Origin: Trypanosoma brucei
Taxonomy: Eukaryota
Direction of reading: 5' to 3'
Assembly: GCA_000002445.1 (NCBI GenBank)
Contig: CH464491.1
Span: 416,001-480,000, forward strand
DNA: 64,000 bases
Positions 31,706 to 43,400 of this stretch are shown in pieces; the stretch's first letter is position 1; each line of letters starts with the position of its first letter. A program made the translations under genes and the position numbers. The notes under the pieces are model-generated. The model did not search any database and had not been told where the DNA came from. It was given only the letters and a program-made list of their open reading frames with translations.

Positions 31706-34700
31706 TATTTGATCCATTGTTTTGTTCTGTATTATGGTAATATACAGAACAAGAACACATCATTAAATGTAACAGCCAGTTCGAGTAGTTAACTGACCGT
31801 AGGCACCGTTATTGGGACAGATGCCAGCAACAATTCACGTAAACTTTATTGGATTTTACAATAACTTGAATACGAGATATACAAGGATTTCATTACAGTT
31901 TTGTAATTGTTTCATTTTTTTGTAAATTATACCCATTACATATTGTGAAGAGTAAAGAACAGTTAGAAAAGCGTGTGTCCATACAACAAGCTTTTTGCCC
32001 AATGGAAATTTGTATTTTAGTTGTAAGAGTAATGATTATTATATTGCGCTCATTCATGTTACAACTATACCAAATGGACATCTTGTTATTTTGTACTTCA
32101 TTCTAACTTTATAACGACATACTCTCACACACATATATTGAATAAATTATTTTGATTATCATTTACTGACAGAAATAACAAAGAAACTTTATTATAAATT
32201 ATATCAGAGCGGCATCTTGAGCACCAAGTTATTACAAGGGAAATTATTTTACAACACATTACGTTTCTTGTAAATCTTTTTTTTATACTTGATACAGACA
32301 GACATATATTCTCAAGCAGTTCAACGAAATTACACTGCTTCATTAAAATATTTTAACTTATTGTATTTGTTTTGTAATAACATAATTTATCCTATTACAT
32401 TTCCTTTCGGAGCTATTTGAACTAACCGTTTATGAAGATGTCATACATTCTGAAGCCTCTTGTACACAAGAATGAAGTGGCGCTGTTCCAATAGAAAATC
32501 TTACTTCCCTATCTGGCCTTTGTTTTGTAACGTAACGTTGGCTTGTAATATTTTATGCCCCAAGATGTAACGAACCGAGAAGAAATTTCGTTTGTTTTAC
32601 AGACGCCTCCAAATAACCGCAACTGTATGTTTGTTATTTTCTGGATTGTTGAGTCGTCCCCTGCTCTTTTTGCAACATTGAAACCCATTACTTTTCTTCA
32701 CTAGTGCGGAATATATTCTATGTTGATGTTTTGTTGTTACTTGGTGATATTTGCGTACCCTACTACTGTAAGATAGCGAAGTAGAAGAACTACATTTCTA
32801 AGGGTCGGAGGTTTCTGTTCCTACAGAAGTAAAAGAGTGTTGTGTTTCAAGGGATGCGTGCGCGGTGTGGCAATGTTGTTGAGCAGCGATACTGTCTTGA
32901 ACCCATGAAACCAAAAGGTGGAGAATATTTGGCCCCTCAAGGGTAATTATCATAGCATTCCGTGTGTTATTTTTTATAATGGAACTGAAGTGAGCCAGGT
33001 GGGTTTTTTAAATCTTCATACATGAACAGTGGTGTCAATTACCTCCTAGTGCATGCATGATACCGTCTTTCATATATGGATATTGAACCTACCAAACACC
33101 CAATGAATACGACCTTACGCCGTGCGTCACTTGTCTTCAATATTTTGAATGTTGTGTTCACTTAACTTTTCTCACCCTCAATAGTGTTGGAGGTGTGGAT
33201 AAGACTCAGAAAACGCGATACAGTTACGCTACAGAACAATGAAGTAGAGGGTAACGTGCTGATGGCAAAATTTTTACTTTCAATGCCTTTGCGGCCGGCG
33301 TCCTTTCCTCCTCGGTGAAACTCACGATTTTCCTTTCAACATCCCTGCGTTAGATGCATGGCACGCGAAAACATAACCATACCCACATGCAACCGTGTGC
33401 ATTAGGAGTGTGCATAACCGGGATGTTGGGAAAGAGCCCCCGATGCGACGCCGTATCATTTATGACTATGCCGGTGGTCGAAAACAGGGAACTTCCTCGT
33501 TCTCATTGGGCCCACCCATTCATAAGGTCTGGCGGTCGGGGATGGCCTTAATGCGACAGGTACACGTACGGCGACGCTGGAGACGGCTGCATTGTCAACG
33601 GGTAAGCCAAGTTCCTCTATGCGTCCTAATCTTTAGAGTTTTTGGCAGTCGGTTGGTTGAGAGCTCCTGTTTTGAAGAAAAGTAGCCATACCATCTGTTC
33701 TCTGAAGTGCTAAGGGTATCGCGTTTTCTTCCCGAACTCGAAGACGCACTACTTTGGGGATATATAGACTGGCTGTCATTCAGTGCGGATGTTGAGCACA
33801 ACCAAGGGTCCAAATTTTCACAGATGTTAATGAGGTGCCGGGGATCTTTCCCAGTCGAAAAGGCTCGAAATGATCGAGCATTCATGTGACTTCGAAGTCG
33901 ACTTCCACCTTCCGTAAACACAACCACGTACCGGAGTGGGCGAACACATACATTTCATGACGCCCTCGTGTTGGAATAGTATGGTTTCCCATAGGAGAAT
34001 GAACGTCCATACAGATCAGGAATAACAATGGTGCAATACAAAGTCAAAATCCTGTGGTGACCCCTCGGAGTATCAGTCACGTTTTCGCTTACAAAGAAGG
34101 TGCAAACTACGCTCGTGTGTATGCGGTCCCTGGGCCTATTCGCAGCAGTTATGTGTTGCAATCTCACTGCGGGGTCCAATGCGTATTTTAAAGGGCCAAT
34201 TAGAAAAACTTATACGTGGACTTACACAACTAATCCTTTGTCAGTTGATCCAGGTAAACTTTATCAGCAACAGGGTCATGCGGCTGTTCTTTATGGAATG
34301 TAATGGTGGGAAATAGGGGTGAGACCGTGAGGATATTTCGAAACTGCAAATCGTTAGTGAAACAGAAGGGAAAGGGAAAACATTACAGAATAAACTGGTA
34401 AGAACTGATACTCTAAATAAAGGTTGAGAGGGATCTCGCAGAACTGAGTGCAGTTTTGAGCGGTGATTGACAAAAGGCTGTCTCATTAGTTGATTGAGGA
34501 AGAAACTTACGTACCTGGTCCAGTGTGTCGCTTCCTTCTCTTCACTCTAACGGCAACATTGCATTAACTGAATTCTGCAGCTGTTGAGGGGGATGGGCAC
34601 GCAAAAGTACCTTATGTGTTTGGAGGCGCGGGCAAAACCAGGAAAAAGTAGTTCTCGTCACCCTGGTGAGTTTCACCCTCTTCCGTGCAGGTTTGTCTTT

Positions 34701-37660
34701 TAGCGTTTTCGGTACCGTTTTCAACATTGCTGTTGGCGCTGCTTCCACGCGGCAACTGCATCCCAATATTCAGATGTCCCTTTAATCCTGTATTTTTCCA
34801 TGTTGCCGATGATTATCGTTTCTGTGCCCGATGAAGCGTCTAAACTCACCAGTTCATTTGTTGAAACTTTTCACTCCTTCTTATTGAATATCCCTATTTT
34901 TTGCGGCGTATGAGAGCCCTCCCCCATTCGTCTTTTGCGTTTGCTTTTATACCCACCCACGGAAAGCAAATTTATTTTCTCCTCGGAATCAACATCCAAG
35001 GAGCTTTAAGTGTGGAGTGCACCCTGATTTTCGCCTTCGGAGCACCAGACCTCCACTGTATTCAGCCATTCAGGTATTGGATGACTTCTAGGATATTGCC
35101 GGTTTATTATGTCTGAAAAGCATCCTTTTTGGCACTTGACGTGAGGCGGTATTCCACAGCCCACTTTTTTGGTCTTTTCAAACAAATATCAGTCGTGCTT
35201 ATTTGAGCATATCTTGTTTGTTTGCGTGCGACGAAATCTCAGCAATCGTGTATGCCGACTGAGCTTCCTTGCTTTTCGCTTTCTCCCCGCTTGAAATGGA
35301 AACGGAGAACCGTAGAAATAATACCATAGTCCATCTTTGCTTAGATGGGTCGAGAGTGGAAAGCTGTCGGTGTTTCTTGGGAGTTTTGCTCAGGTGATAG
35401 CACAACTCTTGGCTTTATGAATCTTGTCGTCGCTGCCGCCGCCATTTGCCACACATAGATTGGTACCCCTTCGGTTGCCACAATGCGGCGCCAAACAGAT
35501 TTGGCGTATTGGCATCGCTCACCATTTTTCCACGACTCGTGAAAGCGCATGGCTCTCGAGTGCTCGGTCCAAGTGATTTGTACTCCACCTCCGCCGGCAC
35601 TTCCGTAAAGTGTCCCGTTTATCGCTCGGTCACAAATTACAGAACCTGCTATAACTTACCTCTAAATTCTCCTCGTCCGAATTGAGTCACTGTGAGTTCC
35701 ATTTCGTAACTGAATAAACTGTGCGCGAGTCCAGGGATCACGTTCAGTTCTTTGCCCGGTCGTCCCATCATTATGAGCCCGGACCCGACACAGACGTATG
35801 AGGAACAGTGCATGTCGACTCTACACTCCCCGATAAAGTGTTGTTTACTCCGTTTTGTTTTTGAGGGGGCTGTGAGAAGAACTGCCAAGCCCATACCCAT
35901 TGCCAAGTAATGTACAAAACTCATCGATCCCCATTTTCATACCACGGTTAAGAGAAGCGTCGCAAAGAGTGAGTTTTTGAAACGCCCACCGAACCCAACC
36001 GTCACCGCCTCCGCGCGGGAGGCAGGTTAAGGGCACTTCCACCACCTTCTTTACCGCCAGTAAATTAACTTCCATACAATTGAGGACTCGCACACTACAG
36101 AAATCCCCCTCCCAAGCAATTTTAACGGCCGGCGTTGTAGGCACAACAAAGGTTAAAATATTACTCCTCCTGCTCGTTTTCTCTTCATTCAACACAAAAA
36201 AGGCAATGTATGGACTGTTCTGCCCGTTTTTTTTTTTTTGAGAGAGAGGGATAGTGAGGCTTCTGCAGCGGTAAAATTGCGAGTCAAGTGTTACCACGCT
36301 GTGGGAGGACACGACGTATAATGAAGGAAACTTTTTTTTTGCTTGCGGGCGGTTTAAAGGGATATGCGTTTAAACCATTATATCTTGAGTGGGTGGCGCC
36401 CGAAAAAGATCGCGAAGCAGGCATGAAGCTTGCGAAACTTCTTGGGGCTCAAAGGACCAACGACACGGTGAACTTGACAAAATTTGAGGGATGTAGAAGC
36501 TACATGTTGAGGAGAGCACAATGCATTAGCACGGTTCCCTAGGGCACTGGCTTTATGGAAACGGTGGTAAGATACCCGCTGGGGAGGCGAGCCAAACGTG
36601 CATTCATTTGGTGTATGGACTGCTAATAAACAAATGTAACAGGCGGAAGTCGGAGTTGTCGCACGCGGTGAGGCACCCCGTTGAGACGGAAGTATGGACC
36701 GAAACAACCCTCACATATAAAATGAAGCGTTCGCGTCACCCCCCCCCCCCCAGCGGCAGACATTGGCATATATGCGTTCGCGCTTGCACTTCATGTCAAT
36801 TTCGCCACTGAAAGGAGCACTCCATCCTGCGTGTGTGTGTGTGTGTGCTTGCCTGTGCATCTTTTTTCGAACGCCGTTGTTTTTATGTACGAAACGGAGG
36901 GCGGGGAGGGAGGGGAATCCCAGGTGGAAGTTATATTTCATGGCAGGGGAATATTGCTGACAGAATACTGTTACCAGTGCCCCGGCTGGTGGGGTTCGCC
37001 AACACGAAAGGACAATAGTGAAAAAAAATAAGGACTGGGGGAATAAAAATTTACAGAAGTTACACAGTTAAAAACACCATGAGCAATCGACGATTTCCAG
37101 ACCCTCTAGCACCACGATTCGGAGGTATTATTACACATTCCAGAATTTGTAGAGGTTCAAATTCAAGTTCCACGGTTCCAGTAATCCATCAGCCCTCACA
37201 AAACGTGTAAAGAAGCGCCAAGTTACTTCATGAGTCTCATCCGACCCATCTCATTCACGCTTTTCAAATACATACACTACAAAAAATCTACTCCCTCCGG
37301 TCTCCACAGGACGCACAAATTTGTCAGCGTGAACCCTGGTCCATGACGTAGAAAGTGTCTTGCGCCACCCGAAATACGTGGCTGAAGGATTTCGCGGGAC
37401 GGATACAAACCCCGCTGGGTAAAAGTGTGTGGGAGTTATCGTGCCTTCCGGGACCTATCTCCACAGCACATGTTTTCACCTCAGGGCAAAACGCATGTGG
37501 CCGCCTCATGCGAAATGGCATATCGGGAACACACCGCACACAGCACATCGGATACTAGCACCTACTCGACTACAAACAAGTAGAAAACGCACATGCATAG
37601 TACATTACGCCCCAGCAACGGGGGTCCTCCCCATTGATGGACGTGATGCGTGCCGAAGAA

Positions 37661-37728
37661 CGTGGACTGTAATTTTACCCGAGGTGTAAGCGCGATGAAT
37701 CACACCTCGGGTAAAATTACAGTCCACG
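37661..37728. repeat. perfect 27 bp inverted repeat (hairpin with 14 nt loop) about 95 nt downstream of the last gene of the minus-strand polycistronic unit
   Basis: The left arm cgtggactgtaattttacccgaggtgt, the loop aagcgcgatgaatc and the right arm acacctcgggtaaaattacagtccacg are read directly from the sequence. The right arm is the exact reverse complement of the left arm. Confidence 0.9.
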
Positions 37729-37822
37729 AGCCTCGTCCACACGACCGGATGGGCAACTGCGTTGGAAACTACTTATGAAACAGAGTTAATAGTTTCTTTT
37801 GTTTAGAGGCGGGGGTCACACG

Positions 37823-38995
37823 CTATTTTCTCAGTGGTCGAATAAGCCATCTAGGGTCTGAAATGTCCGAGAGAGGGCACACACCACTAAGTTTCATATA
37901 CCGGCGTGCGCCCCACACAGTGTGGACTTCTACAGAGCTATTCTCCAATAGACGTCTGTAGGCATTTTTCTGTTGGAAGGAAGAATCTCGAAGGGCTCTA
38001 AACCAACTTGTTTGGTTGAGATATTTGGGCATCAGGTTCCTCCACGCACTAATTGAGGTTGGGAAGTGCAAAACCACGCCACTTTCGACCGAAACACTGT
38101 GGGGATAATGAAAAAAACGCGTCTCGTAATCGAGGGATATAATTCCCCTTCGCAGCAGTAATTTTGGCTTCACATGCTTCGGCCTACTGACGCTCCATGT
38201 CAACACTATAGTCCACATAGTTTGATCACATAGCCAAATAAGGCTCTGGCGTCTCAAATTAAAGAAAACTTTCAAAGCCTCTTTTAGCGCCCACACTCTG
38301 GCTATCACGCCTCCGCCATTAAGATACGACCTTCCCGATTCATTTACCCTTAAAATATTTTCAACTCCCACACCCCTTGTTGCATCCATTGCGTCATCAA
38401 ACAACTTCTTACAGTTTTGAAACTCCGACCTCCCCTCCGGCTTCACCATGATATTCAGCTGAGGAGTAGCGCAACCCTTCTCAGCGGTAAACAACATTGG
38501 AGGTGTCATTTCTCCTCTTAAAATAGCCGTCTCGTTGAACGCTTCAGGGATTTTTGGTGTAGTGTCGAGGAAATGCTTCACTGCCTCCTCCCTAACACCT
38601 GCATCGGTGAAATAGGTATCTCCCCCATCGAACAACATAATCACATCACTTTCGCGCATCTTCTCACGCACCATGTAACTATAAATCCAGTCCCACCTCT
38701 TCACATGCCCATACCAGCCTCCCATGCCCAGTGTCGCAACCGATGCATTAGTGAGTATAGAACTTACAATCATCCTGCACCACCCCGGAGAGTACCTCGT
38801 GTGCACCACAGCATAATACACCCTCGGCGTATAATTTCTACCACTGTCTTTCTTTCTTAACAACGTCCCTGTTTCCTTGTTCCTCACGCTCATTTCTCCC
38901 AAAAACCAGAGCACAGTTAGCAGCATCACCCCCACCATCGCGGCATATAGTCTTCCCCTTGTGCCCCCATAAATTGCCCTAGCCCCTTTCAACAT
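37823..38995 (-). CDS. type II membrane protein, glycosyltransferase-like (GT-A fold, DGGD DxD-type motif; PLOD/LH3 N-terminal GT-domain-like), paralog A
   Basis: An N-terminal signal anchor (LYAAMVGVMLLTVLWFLG) is followed by VATLGMGGWYGHVKRW...DVIMLFDGGDTYFTD, which resembles the GT domain of lysyl hydroxylase/PLOD (TLGLGEEW...MIIMFVDSYDVIL). The functional call is tentative. The track start at 39010 is a TTG. The first ATG gives MLKGARAIYGG..., matching the N-terminus of paralog B. Confidence 0.45.
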   Translation of the reverse strand: MLKGARAIYGGTRGRLYAAMVGVMLLTVLWFLGEMSVRNKETGTLLRKKDSGRNYTPRVYYAVVHTRYSPGWCRMIVSSILTNASVATLGMGGWYGHVKRWDWIYSYMVREKMRESDVIMLFDGGDTYFTDAGVREEAVKHFLDTTPKIPEAFNETAILRGEMTPPMLFTAEKGCATPQLNIMVKPEGRSEFQNCKKLFDDAMDATRGVGVENILRVNESGRSYLNGGGVIARVWALKEALKVFFNLRRQSLIWLCDQTMWTIVLTWSVSRPKHVKPKLLLRRGIISLDYETRFFHYPHSVSVESGVVLHFPTSISAWRNLMPKYLNQTSWFRALRDSSFQQKNAYRRLLENSSVEVHTVWGARRYMKLSGVCPLSDISDPRWLIRPLRK

Positions 38996-39128
38996 ATAAA
39001 AACTTCGCAAAAAAAAAATGGATTTACTTGGAGAAGGGTGATGCTTTTCCCCTCAACTCGGACACAGTGCGGATGCGTTTTTTTTTTTTTTAACTCTGGC
39101 GAACGGTTCGTAAAAATTCCGTGCGATG

Positions 39129-40292
39129 TTACTTTTTCAACTGCCCACTGAGCCAACTGGGGTCGGAGATGTTAGATATGGGGCATACGGTACTTAACTT
39201 AGCGTCTTTGCGGGAACCCCAGAAAGTGTACATCTCCACAGTGGAATTTTTCAGCAAACGAATGGAGGCCTCCCGCTTGGGGGAAGAATTGCTCAGTGCT
39301 CTATACCAATTTATCTCACTCAGATACTGTGGCAATGTACGCTTCCACACGTGAACTGGTCCCGCAAAATGCAGTATCATTCCACTCATAACCATCGTCT
39401 TGGATGGATAAAGGAAGTAACGCGTCTCATAGTCAAGAGATATTAGCCCCCTTCTCACCAACAGCGCTGGCTTTATATTCTCCGGCCTGGTGATACTCCA
39501 TATTAGCAAGAGTGCCCACATTGACTGGTCGCAACCCCAAACAAACTTTTTTTTTCTGAGGTTAAAGAATGCCTTCAGAGCCTCTTCTAGTGCCCACACC
39601 CTGGCAATTATTCCTCCCCCGTTGAGATACGATCTTCCCGATTCATTCGCCCTTAAAATAGAACGCAACCCTGTGCGATTGGAAACTACGAACGCCTCGT
39701 TGTACAGTTTACTGCACTGATGAGCGCGCTCGCTCTTAGGTGTCTTTACCATGAAATGACTTTGAGGGGTGAAACAGAAATTTTCGGCGGCCATCAACAT
39801 TGGAGGTGTCATTTCCCCTCTTAAAATAGCCGTCTCGTTAAACGCTTCAGGGATTTTTGGTGTAGTGTCGAGGAAATGCTTCACTGCCTCCTCCCTTACA
39901 TCCTCCCCTGTGAAGACCGTATCGCCCCCATCAAATATCACAATCACGTCACCCTCACTCATCTTCTTCTGCCGTAGGTACCGGTACAACCACAACCACC
40001 TGCTCACATGCCCATACCAGCCTCCCATGCCCACTGTGGCAACGCTCACATTAGTGAGTATCGAACTTACAATCATCCTGCACCACCCCGGCGCGTACCT
40101 CGTTTCTGCAACAAGAAAAAACACCCTTGGTATGTGATTACCGTAACTTCCATCCTTCTTCCCCTCCACGCTAGTTTCCCCACTCCCTACATTTCTTAAC
40201 CCCAACCACCAAAAAAATAACATCAGCACCAACCCCATAACATACAACCTGCCCCTTGAATCCCCATAGAATTCCCTAACACCTTTCAGCAT
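39129..40292 (-). CDS. type II membrane protein, glycosyltransferase-like, paralog B (tandem duplicate of 37823-38995)
   Basis: About 70% aa identity to paralog A, with the same VATVGMGGWYGHV and FDGGDT motifs. It starts MLKGVREFYGD at an ATG. The intergenic spacer to paralog A is only ~120 bp and contains a T13 tract. Confidence 0.45.
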   Translation of the reverse strand: MLKGVREFYGDSRGRLYVMGLVLMLFFWWLGLRNVGSGETSVEGKKDGSYGNHIPRVFFLVAETRYAPGWCRMIVSSILTNVSVATVGMGGWYGHVSRWLWLYRYLRQKKMSEGDVIVIFDGGDTVFTGEDVREEAVKHFLDTTPKIPEAFNETAILRGEMTPPMLMAAENFCFTPQSHFMVKTPKSERAHQCSKLYNEAFVVSNRTGLRSILRANESGRSYLNGGGIIARVWALEEALKAFFNLRKKKFVWGCDQSMWALLLIWSITRPENIKPALLVRRGLISLDYETRYFLYPSKTMVMSGMILHFAGPVHVWKRTLPQYLSEINWYRALSNSSPKREASIRLLKNSTVEMYTFWGSRKDAKLSTVCPISNISDPSWLSGQLKK

Positions 40293-40431
40293 ACAAACAG
40301 ATGTCTCTAAGAAATAAAAGGGTACGCACCCAGTGAGTGGACAACTACACGTTAAATCAAGGGAAACGAATAGTTAATGTTAAACATTAGTTTCCCAACA
40401 GTTAAGGCATGTAAATCCGGCACACCACAAC

Positions 40432-43400
40432 ACCAAAAACACATAAATATGTGCAACACCGATTATCTCGGGATGCTGATGCTCCCACTCGCCTACATAT
40501 GAAGGCAGTGGGTCTCAATGCATACCTCGTTAAATGTGAACCCAACGATAACGATATTCTGTGGGACAGATTCAAATAGATGAGACAACAGAGTAGTGTG
40601 CAGGCATTCAATACGTACAACAGTCAGACCTGTTGAGTTTGATTTAGTATTCAATAAGCGCGCTCATAAAGTAAGGCATATTGACCTTCACGTACACATA
40701 ATCGTTGTTTCCATCACACTGCCGCGTCTGTTGTGCATTCCCCCCATTTTCTTATCCACCTTCCCACCCAGATACCACAAACAAACCGCATGATCTCTCT
40801 TACACTTTCGAGCCAATACCGTCACCGAAAGTATACTGACAGGCAGCCAGACAGGGTAAGATTTGGTTCTAATGACATAATGCTGCGTAGAGCAAAGGTA
40901 GTGGGGGGGGGGAAAAAAAAGGATGTGGAGAGGGATGGAGGAAGGAAGGGAACGAGCTGCATAGCAGGCCATTGCTCAGCCGAAAGGTGATTTTTGATGT
41001 TCCGTTATCAATGCATCGCTCAAACTGTTTGGACCTCGAACAACAATTATGCATCACAGCATCAGTGGCCAAAAAGAAAACTAGTAGCACACATATACAC
41101 ACACACGAACATAAACATAAACATAAACATAAACAGGGATGAATGACCTATGAGGAAGAGGGTGGATAAAAACAAAATAATAAGGATGGATGATACTCGA
41201 TTCAGTGTGAGCTGAGTTAAAAATTATGTCTTCAAAATGGCTCTACTGCCGTCAGGCTGACAGGAAACTATTGACTGTCATCATTAGAGGGGAAGATAAT
41301 GCATTTGAGTGCCAAAACTACAAATGGCTCTCGCGCAACAGGACAGGGGCCACATCCCCACGGCATTAAATGGTTGCCACTGGCCCAAGGGATGCTGCGC
41401 TGTATTGTTTCAACAGCACATAAGCAAAAACACATAAATATGTGCAACACCGATTATCTCGGGATGCTGATGCTCCCACTCGCCTACATATGAAGGCAGT
41501 GGGTCTCAATGCATACCTCGTTAAATGTGAACCCAACGATAACGATATTCTGTGGGACAGATTCAAGTAGATGAGACAACAGAGTAGTGTGCAGGCATTC
41601 GATACGTACAACAGTCAGACCTGTTGAGTTTGATTTAGTATTCAATAAGCGCGCTCATAAAGTAAGGCATATTGACCTTCACGTACACATAATCGTTGTT
41701 TCCATCACACTGCCGCGTCTGTTGTGCATTCCCCCCATTTTCTTATCCACCTTCCCACCCAGATACCACAAACAAACCGCACGATCTCTCTTACACTTTC
41801 GAGCCAATACCGTCACCGAAAGTATACTGACAGACAGCCAGACAGGGTAAGATTTGGTTCTAATGACATAATGCTGCGTAGAGCAAAGGTAGTGGGGGGG
41901 GGAAAAAAAAGGATGTGGAGAGGGATGGAGGAAGGAAGGGAACGAGCTGCATAGCAGGCCATTGCTCAGCCGAAAGGTGATTTTTGATGTTCCGTTATCA
42001 ATGCATCGCTCAAACTGTTTGGACCTCGAACAACAATTATGCATCACAGCATCAGTGGCCAAAAAGAAAACTAGTAGCACACATATACACACACACGAAC
42101 ATAAACATAAACATAAACAGGGATGAATGACCTATGAGGAAGAGGGTGGATAAAAACAAAATAATAAGGATGGATGATACTCGATTCAGTGTGAGCTGAG
42201 TTAAAAATTATGTCTTCAAAATGGCTCTACTGCCGTCAGGCTGACAGGAAACTATTGACTGTCATCATTAGAGGGGAAGATAATGCATTTGAGTGCCAAA
42301 ACTACAAATGGCTCTCGCGCAACAGGACAGGGGCCACATCCCCACGGCATTAAATGGTTGCCACTGGCCCAAGGGATGCTGCGCTGTATTGTTTCAACAG
42401 CACATAAGCAAAAACACATAAATATGTGCAACACCGATTATCTCGGGATGCTGATGCTCCCACTCGCCTACATATGAAGGCAGTGGGTCTCAATGCATAC
42501 CTCGTTAAATGTGAACCCAACGATAACGATATTCTGTGGGACAGATTCAAATAGATGAGACAACAGAGTAGTGTGCAGGCATTCGATACGTACAACAGTC
42601 AGACCTGTTGAGTTTGATTTAGTATTCAATAAGCGCGCTCATAAAGTAAGGCATATTGACCTTCACGTACACATAATCGTTGTTTCCATCACACTGCCGC
42701 GTCTGTTGTGCATTCCCCCCATTTTCTTATCCACCTTCCCACCCAGATACCACAAACAAACCGCATGATCTCTCTTACACTTTCGAGCCAATACCGTCAC
42801 CGAAAGTATACTGACAGGCAGCCAGACAGGGTAAGATTTGGTTCTAATGACATAATGCTGCGTAGAGCAAAGGTAGTGGGGGGGGGGGAAAAAAAAGGAT
42901 GTGGAGAGGGATGGAGGAAGGAAGGGAACGAGCTGCATAGCAGGCCATTGCTCAGCCGAAAGGTGATTTTTGATGTTCCGTTATCAATGCATCGCTCAAA
43001 CTGTTTGGACCTCGAACAACAATTATGCATCACAGCATCAGTGGCCAAAAAGAAAACTAGTAGCACACATATACACACACACGAACATAAACATAAACAT
43101 AAACACGGGATGAATGACCTATGAGGAAGAGGGTGGATAAAAACAAAATAATAAGGATGGATGATACTCGATTCAGTGTGAGCTGAGTTAAAAATTATGT
43201 CTTCAAAATGGCTCTACTGCCGTCAGGCTGACAGGAAACTATTGACTGTCATCATTAGAGGGGAAGATAATGCATTTGAGTGCCAAAACTACAAATGGCT
43301 CTCGCGCAACAGGACAGGGGCCACATCCCCACGGCATTAAATGGTTGCCACTGGCCCAAGGGATGCTGCGCTGTATTGTTTCAACAGCACATAAGCAAAA

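Noticed and set aside
31706-37822. tRNA, 5S rRNA or SL RNA genes in the convergent strand-switch region or in the tandem array
   Set aside because: I searched by eye for T-loop GGTTCGANTCC-type boxes, for the conserved spliced-leader exon, and for 5S-like sequence, and found none. This is a manual scan, so a covariance-model search is still required.
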